Made by a program: the position numbers and the translations under genes. From contig JBNGIO010005827.1 in NCBI GenBank assembly GCA_049999805.1, forward strand, positions 62,001 through 113,725: 51,725 nt of DNA, written 5' to 3'. The DNA is from Folioceros fuciformis. Taxonomy: Eukaryota. Below the pieces are notes generated by a model. That model made no database searches and was not told the origin of the DNA. It was given only the letters and a program-made list of their open reading frames with translations. This document shows, piece after piece, positions 12,460 through 20,236 of the stretch (position 1 is the stretch's first letter; each line of letters begins with the position of its first letter).

Positions 12460-13783
12460 ATCTTCCAACTGAAGTGTTCCTTCACTCATCAAAGGTATGA
12501 CCACCTGTCCAGTACCTTTACTGCAACTCCTCGAGCATCTCCCACATAAACTAACTGTGGCGAGGTCGTCTTCCAAAACGTCGTGAATAATTGGCGGTTG
12601 TTGCAAACATGTGTTGAGGCACCTGAATCAATAAACCACAGTGATAAAAGCTCATGTGTAGCAGTGGAGCACACAGTCAACTCTGTTGCAGCACTCCTGT
12701 GTGAAGGTAACTTTGAGTCCTTTACAGCAACATGAGCTTGTGATACTTTCAAGTCCTTCTTTGGATCACTGGCTTGCTTCTTAGGACAGTTGCGCTCCCA
12801 ATGTCCAGGAATGCCACACCAGTGGCAAGTGCCTACACGTTTGGCAGTCAAGGGCGAAATGAAGGTAGGTTTCTTTCCTCCTTTATCTGGCCCCTTCCCA
12901 AACGTTTTGCCCTTGGCTGCCAACAACACTCTTTTACCTCGATTTCTGGAACTGGGTCCAGACCTATGATGGCTTTGCTCCTCTTGCAAGAGTGCACCAA
13001 TCACATTGTTGAGGTTGATAGTCGCTGGTTGACCAGCAGCAACAACAATATACGAAGAGTGAAGAGCAGCATTCTGTCCAGAAATGAAGGTTTGGTACGA
13101 CCAGGTGGGAGGCAAACTGCCAAGCAACTGAGCAACACCCTCTACCTCAGACATTGTGCTGCCGAGCATAGCTAGCTGTGCCCTCAGGTACCGGAACTTT
13201 GTTATGTGTGCTCCCAAACTATCCCCTTCCTTCAAACGCAAGCGATAGAATTGATTACGAACACAGACCAGTGTCAAAATACTTTGAACCTAGTAAGTGT
13301 TTTTAAGTTGCTCCCACACAGCAGCAGCTGTGGGCAAGCTTTCAACTTCTGTGACTTAGTTTCACCAAGGCCTGAAAATATGATGGCAAAGGCCACCTTG
13401 TTCCCTTTGACAAACTTGTCTTTAACATCTTGGGGATCAATCGATGCAGGAACAGGAATCGAGCCATTGGCATATTCCCACACATCACGAGCATCTAGGA
13501 ATGCCTTCATCCTAGCTCGCCAGCTTTCATACTTGGTATGTGTACCATCGAAACGGTCTTTTTCCTTGAATTCTCCTCTGAAAGATGCAGTCCGTACTGT
13601 AGTCATTTGAGCAATAAGAACAGGGAGAACAGGTGCAGGAGGAGCAACGATTGAGGAAAATTGAGAAGTTAGAGACTGCAAGAATGACACCTCTGTTTCT
13701 AGGTCTGTGTCAGAATCACTATTTGTCTCTTCAAAGAGAAATGAGAGACCTGACATACAGAAGATATCTATGCAATCATGCAA
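12460..13783 (-). pseudogene. Copia gag (DUF4219/UBN2-like, zinc knuckle) and aspartic protease
   Basis: RFDGTHTKYESWRARMKAFLDARDVW; CHWCGIPGHWERNC (CCHC knuckle); WFIDSGASTHVC (protease). Frameshift near 13275. Confidence 0.92.
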
Positions 13784-14877
13784 ACAATATGTAGACGCAT
13801 CAAATTGTTTGCAGGCTATAAACTAATAAAAAACAGATCAGAATCGAAACGCCACCACAAAACGACATGGAGATTCGAAATGGTAAGTAAGTGAGCCCTA
13901 GAAAAACCAAACGTGCCCTAACTTTCATTTTTAAAGATATGACCGGTTGTATGTTCATGACAAGTGTACACAATCTAAGGGCAATGTCCCTATGTGTACA
14001 TGACAACCAACCGTCAAATGTGCGCAAGGCGCCTATTGGTGGCTGGCTGCAGACAGCACCTGGAGTGGTGAGCTTTGTCCACCTCCGACTGCAGCACGCC
14101 TCCCACCAATCTAATTAGGCAGCCTCTATAGCATCACGCTCACAAATTGGAGGCGACAACGTTGGAAAGTAAAGAGCAACTTGAGGATCCATCACCGAGA
14201 GTCCTGGATCTGAAACTTTGAGAAAACGCGCAATTCTCTGAATAGTCACAGTTTGCACTTGAGAAGTCTCAGATTGCAGACACATATCCTTTGTGAGAGC
14301 GGCAATCATTCGAATTGCTGAATCAATCTGAAGGGTGAGGTCTGTTCTTGTTCAGAACAATAGAATCTGAGTGTCTCGAAGGCAATCACCAATTGTTGAA
14401 CGAGTGACTTTCAAGATCAAATGTTCATCTTCATAGGGTGACAACACTCTGGATGGTCGTCTTGCTAATCCTCGTCTTAAGCTTGCACGCAGATTTGCGC
14501 AACAGGTGCAGAAACGCTGATCCTTTTGTCCACCACGAGATGTCTCCAATTTTCGAGATACTATGGGGATGAAAGCCTTGTGTGAGATCTGTTTGAATAT
14601 TCTCCTTAAAGGATCCTCAAGGTATCTATTCGTAGTAGAGGACAATTCAAGTTTAAATTCCCCTACGCACGGAGCATGATACCTATTTTTAGACCTACAC
14701 GTCATCCCTGCTGCTCAAGTGGGACCAACATAGTCTATTTTGTACTGTGATCCCTTCATAGCTAGGTTCATAAAATNNNNNNNNNNNNNNNNNNNNNNNN
14801 NNNNNNNNNNNNNNNNNNNNNNNNNNNNNNNNNNNNNNNNNNNNNNNNNNNNNNNNNNNNNNNNNNNNNNNNNNNNA

Positions 14878-14959
14878 AACTATGTTGAAAGACACCTTGT
14901 CTCATCTAAAGTACGACTAAACTATGTTGAAAGACACCTTGTCTCATCTAAAGTACGAC
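14878..14959 (+). repeat. ~41-bp tandem duplication beside an assembly gap
   Basis: AACTATGTTGAAAGACACCTTGTCTCATCTAAAGTACGAC occurs twice. Confidence 0.8.
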
Positions 14960-15026
14960 ATCTGCTTTGTTTGATAGAGTAGCCTAAATCTATGTACAGA
15001 TGAGCAACATGGATCAAAGAGCCAGA

Positions 15027-15038
15027 GCTCTGATACCA
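15027..15038 (-). promoter_or_regulatory. Primer-binding site complementary to tRNA-iMet
   Basis: Minus strand reads TGGTATCAGAGC immediately after the LTR end. Confidence 0.92.
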
Positions 15039-15336
15039 TGATAATAAGCGGAAGCTTGTTGTAAAATTGAATTAATGAATTAAATATAAAATTGTATATG
15101 TTTAAATACTTGCTGAAGTGTCTGTTCACTTTAACCTAATTATGATTAAGTTATAATAGGTTAATCTGTGTATACCATGATAATAAGCGGAAGCTTGTTA
15201 TAAAATTGAATTAATGAATTAAATATAAAATTGTATATGTTTAAATACTTGCTGAAGTGTCTGTTCACTTTAATCTAACTATGATTAAGTTATAATAGGT
15301 TAATCTGTGTTAGGATATCTATAATAACCCTTAACA
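15039..15336 (-). repeat. Copia 5' LTR with tandem duplication (truncated copy 15039-15171, full copy 15178-15336)
   Basis: A 139-bp unit (ATACCA plus most of the LTR) is repeated head-to-tail. Confidence 0.9.
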
Positions 15337-15500
15337 AGGTGAAATGCTAGCAGCAAACAGTGATGAGCCTAGTCATGATGATGGTTATTGCACAATTCCT
15401 TGTAACAACATGAATGTGGATGGTAACATGCTTCGCCAAAACATAGCTAGGTTCTTGTGGACTAGCAGACAACAAGGATATGAACTACTTAATTTTCTAT
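15337..15500 (+). pseudogene. PIF/Harbinger transposase, 3' part resuming after the Copia insertion
   Basis: Joining across the TSD gives LINKGEMLAANSDEPSHDDGYCTIPC...GNMLRQNIARFLW, similar to the C-terminal HDxGY...R motif of ALP1-like proteins. Confidence 0.7.
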
Positions 15501-15790
15501 GACAGTTTGTCTCCTAACTTGCTCAATGCATCTCCTATTTTCATAAAAGTAGGCACGAATCCCTCTCCAATTTGATTATGTGATTGTATCATAATACAAT
15601 TGTGCTCCATGAGGTCATTGTGGACCCTCTCTTGAAATTCCATGTTCACTTTATGACTCTTCTCCTTGTTGGTTTCTGTCATGTTCACTTTATGCCTCTT
15701 CTCCTTGTTGATTTCCGTTAGCCTTGCAATAGGTGACCACCTCTTATCATCGTTCAGGGGCTTCTTATTTTTCTCCCTATTGCCACCCAA
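15497..15790 (-). pseudogene. Putative Harbinger partner gene (Myb/SANT-trihelix-like), C-terminal coiled coil
   Basis: Ends NQIGEGFVPTFMKIGDALSKLGDKLS, similar to the LxKLADALxRIADKL terminus of ASR3/SH4-type trihelix proteins. It is convergent with the transposase, and Harbinger elements encode such a second gene. Confidence 0.5.
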
Positions 15791-16392
15791 GAGTCAATCT
15801 TCGAGGTCAATCTTCTTGGCAGCCTGCAACATATGAAGTTCCTGCAATGTCCACAACTTTCAAGGTGCCTTGAATGTTTGGTTCATGGAAAGAATGTGGC
15901 TCGTTCTCAAAATTATGCGCATAGGGCCTACACCAAGTTGTGAGATTGGGGAAGCATGGAAGCTGCGAAATCCCAACAATAAAGCTAAAGGCAAGGATAC
16001 TGAGCTTGTGGGACAATTAGGAATGAAGGTTGAAGTCACAGCATAGGCTTGAGACTGACCTACGTCTTCCGGACCCATCGATCTACAACAGCCCTCCAAA
16101 ATCTGGAACGAATACAGGTATAAAAATTTAACCAAGACGACGAGTGCAATGGAAGCAAGAGGGGATTGCAAGCGAATTGAGAAGGAAGCCCCTACACCTC
16201 TACCGGCAAAGGCCCGTAGTCGTAGAGGTTAGAGGCGGTCTCTTCCGATCATTACGGGAGTTCACGTTTTGGGGCGGTCAGAAGTTGCTGGAGGGAAATT
16301 GATGTCAATGGAAAGGAGCCCTTGCTGACTAACCTGACGTATGTTGTTATGATGTTGTTAGACTCTCGTGTTCCGACAACGGTTCCCGAACA

Positions 16393-19300
16393 ATGGTCGC
16401 AGTGTGGGAACCGGATTCATTGTGGACCCAACAAAGTGGTGTGTGTACAGGCGTTCTACGAGGAGCTCCCGCCCACTGCATTGCCCAGGATTCCGCCCCG
16501 GACAAACGACCAAGCCTCCATGTTCAGCAGTGTAAGGAGCGTAGCACTCCCACTCCCGCTGAAATCTGCGGTGGGGACGGATTATCCAGCGATGGTCGTC
16601 GCCAGGAGCAGGAGTTTTTTCTGCATCCTACAGTGTGCTGGGATAACAGACGAGGTAAGAAGACATCCCGTTCGCCTGACTTCCGGCGTAAAGGGTCCGG
16701 CGAGGTGCTCTGGTTGAACAACTCTGCGCAGCCAGCTTGGTTGGATGAGTCTCTGTGTGCTTCGGATATACAGATGGATCACGGTGCCTCTACTCCTAAT
16801 TTGAGCGGTTGCGGCAAGCCTGATGCAGAAAGGCGTGCAGGAGCCGAATTGGCGGCCACGGCCATAGCCGTGAGCACATTATGTCAGCAAGGGAAGCTTA
16901 CTGAGGCCGTCGAAGCCCTGGAATTTCTGGTGCAGACAGACGGTAGTATTTCTCAGTACATGCTTCATACTGTGCTGAAACAGTGCATAGTAGAGAAGGA
17001 TGTGGTTGTTGGGCGACGAGTTCATCATCTAGCTATCAAACTTGGGTACGAGTCAACTACGTACTTGGGGAACCATATCTTGCGCATGTATGCATGTGCA
17101 GGTAGATTACGAGAGGCAATGGATGTGTTCACCAGGGTCGGCAAACCAGACGTGTTCATGTGGGTTTCCATAATCTCTGCACACGCTAAACATGGGAAAC
17201 CTTATGAGGCCGTACAACTGTACCATGACTTCCGTGCCTCAGGTGTGAAGTCTAATTCTCATATCTTTGTAGCTGCCCTTAAAGCTTGCACATGTGCCTC
17301 GGACTTGGAATCTGGCCGGAAAGTTCACTCTGATTTGTTTCTCAGTGGCATTCCTCCCAACTTGTTTGTCGGCAACTGCTTAGTAGGACTGTATGCAAAA
17401 TGTGGTGTATTAGAAGATGCACGCCAGGTTTTTGAGAGCTTGGCCATTAAGGATTCAGTCACTTGGACCACCCTTATATCTGGTTATGCAAATCATGGGT
17501 TTGGTGAAAAGGCTCTTGTTCTGCATGGAGAAATGAAGAAGGGGGGCATGATTTTGGATAACCCTGTTACCTTGTCTTGCCTTTTGAAGGCTTGCGCAAG
17601 CACTCGTGACTTGGAGAAGGGCAGGCAGCTTCACTCACAGATTATGGCTGGAGGACAGCTGGATAGTCTACTGGTAGCGACATCCCTGGTGGACATGTAT
17701 GCAAAATGTGGTGAACTAAGAGATGCACGCGAGGTTTTTGACAGCGTAAGAAAAAAGGATGTGGTGACGTGGACGGCCCTTATAGCTGGCTATGCAAATA
17801 ATGGGCTCGGTCATGAGGCACTTGCTCTGTATGGACAAATGGAGCAAGAGGGTCTGATTATGGGTAATCATATTACTTATTCTTGCCTTCTGAAGGCCTG
17901 TGCAAGTACTGGTGCCCTACAGAAGGGCAGGGAGTTGCACTCCCAGATTGTTGAAAGAGAACAGCTCCACGATGTACGGGTGGGCACCTGCCTTGTGGAC
18001 ATGTATGTAAAATGTAGCGACCTGGATGAGGCACGCAGGGTTTTTGATGGTTTGGCGATGAAGAATGTGGCAACATGGACGGCTCTGATAGCTGGCTATG
18101 CACAGCAAGGGTTCTGTCAAGAGGCACTTGTTCTGTACGGACAAATGGAGCAAGAGGATCTGATTCTGGCTGACTCTGTTACATTTTCTTGCCTTTTGAA
18201 GGCCTGTGCTAGTGCTGGGGCGTTACAAGAGGGCAGGCAGCTGCACTCACTGATTGTGGAAAGAGGGCAGCTGAATCACGCATGGGTGAGCACTTGCCTG
18301 GTAGACATGTACGCAAAATGTGGCGAACTCGAAGATGCTCGCGGGGTTTTCAACAGTTTGGCCACAAAAGATGTGGCGACATGGACAGCCCTGATAGCTG
18401 GGTATGTACAGCAAGGGCTCTGTAAAGAGGCGCTTGTTCTGTATGGTCAGATGGAGGAGGAGGGCTTGATTGTTGCTGACAGTGTAACATTTGCTTGCCT
18501 TCTGAAGGCCTGTTCAAGCGCTGGTGCCTTGCAAGAGGGCAGGCGGCTGCACTCCCAGATCGTTGAGAAAGGTGAGCTGGAGAGAGACATGCAGGTGGGC
18601 ACCTGCCTCGTAGACATGTATGGAAAATGTGGCGAAGTAGAAGAAGCACGCAGGGTCTTTGACAATCTGGCCGCAAAAGATGTGGCGACATGGACAGCCA
18701 TGATAGCTGGATATGCTCGAAAAGGCGTCTTGACAGAGGCGCTGGTTCTATATCGAGAAATGGAAGAGGAGAGCCTGATTCTTGCTGACTCTGTAACTTT
18801 TGCTTGCCTTCTGAACGCCTGTGCCAGTGCTGGTGCCTTACAAGAGGGCAGACAGCTGCACTCACGGATTGTGGGTAGAGTAGAGCTAGAAAGGGACATA
18901 CTGGTGGGCAACTGTCTGGTGGATATGTATGCAAAGTGTGGCAAACTGGAAGATGCACGGAGGGTTTTTGACAGTTTGGTCAGAAAAGATGTGGTGACAT
19001 GGAATGCTCTGATAGCTGGGTACGGTTCCTGTGATGAAGGTTACAATGCAGTAGCCTGTTTTGACGAGATGGTAGTTGCTGGTATTCAGCCTGACGAAGC
19101 TACTTTTACTTGCCTTTTAGCAGCATGTGGCCATGAGGGACTGGTAACGGAAGGTCGGAAGCATTTCGATTCCATGGTTGAGCAGCATGGCATCACACCT
19201 ACGATTCAGCATTACAACTGCCTGGTTGATCTTCTTGCACGTGCAGGCCATTTAGATGACGCAGAAAATACGTTATTCTCTTGTGAGAGGCAAGACGATG

Positions 19301-19905
19301 TTGTAGGGTTGATGTCTTTGCTACATGCCTGCAAAAGTCACGGGGATATAGAAAGGGCAACTCGGTGTTTTGAAACCATTGTGAAACTGGACCCTCAGGG
19401 GGCTTCCGCATATGTGCTCATGGCAAATGTCTACGCAGATGCAGGTATGTGGGCAGATGTAGAAAGGATTGAAAAAAGGAGGACATTAGCAGGAGCTAGG
19501 AAGAAACCTGCAGTGGCAGGCATTGAGGTAGATGAACAGGTCCATACGTTTGTGGTGGGAGAACACAGAGAAGATCTCTCAATGAGGGTCGAGACCTTGA
19601 ATGCACGGCTGAAGGAAGAAGGGGGCCATGTACCACACACCAAGCTGGTGTTGAAGCAACTTCCCGAGAATGAAAAGGAAGATGCGCTTTGCGGCCATGC
19701 TGAGAAGCTAGCGTTGGCGTATGGTCTCTTGAATACTCCAATCGGCACGCCTCTGCTGGTAACGAAGAATCTGCGAATGTGCAGTGACTGCCACACGTCC
19801 ACTGAGATCATGTCTAGGGTTGAGAAGAGAGACATTGTTGTCAGGGATGGATACCGTGTGCATCGATTTGCAGCTGGTTGCTGCAGTTGCAGGCGTCGAC
19901 CATGA
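16393..19905 (+). CDS. PLS-class PPR protein with N-terminal PDF (OSB-like) motif and C-terminal DYW:KP domain ending RRP; putative U-to-C editing factor (copy 1, 1170 aa)
   Basis: Intact ORF with 7 P-L-S triplets including P2-L2-S2, then E1/E2, KKPAVAGIEV, LCGHAEKLA...LRMCSDCH and the terminus CSCRRRP. Confidence 0.95.
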   Translation: MVAVWEPDSLWTQQSGVCTGVLRGAPAHCIAQDSAPDKRPSLHVQQCKERSTPTPAEICGGDGLSSDGRRQEQEFFLHPTVCWDNRRGKKTSRSPDFRRKGSGEVLWLNNSAQPAWLDESLCASDIQMDHGASTPNLSGCGKPDAERRAGAELAATAIAVSTLCQQGKLTEAVEALEFLVQTDGSISQYMLHTVLKQCIVEKDVVVGRRVHHLAIKLGYESTTYLGNHILRMYACAGRLREAMDVFTRVGKPDVFMWVSIISAHAKHGKPYEAVQLYHDFRASGVKSNSHIFVAALKACTCASDLESGRKVHSDLFLSGIPPNLFVGNCLVGLYAKCGVLEDARQVFESLAIKDSVTWTTLISGYANHGFGEKALVLHGEMKKGGMILDNPVTLSCLLKACASTRDLEKGRQLHSQIMAGGQLDSLLVATSLVDMYAKCGELRDAREVFDSVRKKDVVTWTALIAGYANNGLGHEALALYGQMEQEGLIMGNHITYSCLLKACASTGALQKGRELHSQIVEREQLHDVRVGTCLVDMYVKCSDLDEARRVFDGLAMKNVATWTALIAGYAQQGFCQEALVLYGQMEQEDLILADSVTFSCLLKACASAGALQEGRQLHSLIVERGQLNHAWVSTCLVDMYAKCGELEDARGVFNSLATKDVATWTALIAGYVQQGLCKEALVLYGQMEEEGLIVADSVTFACLLKACSSAGALQEGRRLHSQIVEKGELERDMQVGTCLVDMYGKCGEVEEARRVFDNLAAKDVATWTAMIAGYARKGVLTEALVLYREMEEESLILADSVTFACLLNACASAGALQEGRQLHSRIVGRVELERDILVGNCLVDMYAKCGKLEDARRVFDSLVRKDVVTWNALIAGYGSCDEGYNAVACFDEMVVAGIQPDEATFTCLLAACGHEGLVTEGRKHFDSMVEQHGITPTIQHYNCLVDLLARAGHLDDAENTLFSCERQDDVVGLMSLLHACKSHGDIERATRCFETIVKLDPQGASAYVLMANVYADAGMWADVERIEKRRTLAGARKKPAVAGIEVDEQVHTFVVGEHREDLSMRVETLNARLKEEGGHVPHTKLVLKQLPENEKEDALCGHAEKLALAYGLLNTPIGTPLLVTKNLRMCSDCHTSTEIMSRVEKRDIVVRDGYRVHRFAAGCCSCRRRP

Positions 19906-20236
19906 GGACGACGAGGAGCTGGCCATTGTCTTCCAACATCGATTGTTTCTCCTCGTCGACGGTGGGTTAGTTTTGAGCTTCATAGGTCGTAGACAACACC
20001 ACTCGCGGTACGGACGTGATTGCTTAAAGGAGGCTTTTATTCCTGGTTCTGTGCACGGACGCCTCCATCGACTTTGGCACGCCGGAAAATGTGAGTCTTT
20101 GCCATCGGGAAACCGTTCATGTGTACTGGGATTGTAAACAGCGGGTTGTCGGGCATGCACAGTAACTAATCATCAGCTAGCACGGCTCAGGCGGTTGCTT
20201 TGCCTCCCCATTTCCGAAAGCGGAGCAGGGTGCAAT

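Larger units (their letters stand above)
4110..15336 (-). mobile_element. Ty1/Copia LTR retrotransposon (degraded), containing a nested Gypsy element
   Basis: TG...CA LTRs at 4110-4267 and 15178-15336, differing by about 7 substitutions and 1 indel by eye. tRNA-iMet PBS at 15027-15038 and PPT at 4268-4280. TSD GGGTG (4105-4109) / AGGTG (15337-15341), 1 mismatch. Domain order on the minus strand is gag-protease-integrase-RT-RNase H. Confidence 0.93.

Noticed and set aside
12133-12606. 157-aa ORF as a single gene
   Set aside because: It is a chimeric frame crossing the Copia protease region, the Gypsy LTR stub and the Gypsy internal sequence.
20195-20236. TTG start for PPR copy 2 given in the ORF track
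   Set aside because: This is a eukaryotic nuclear gene, and the ATG at 20237 aligns with the paralog starts.
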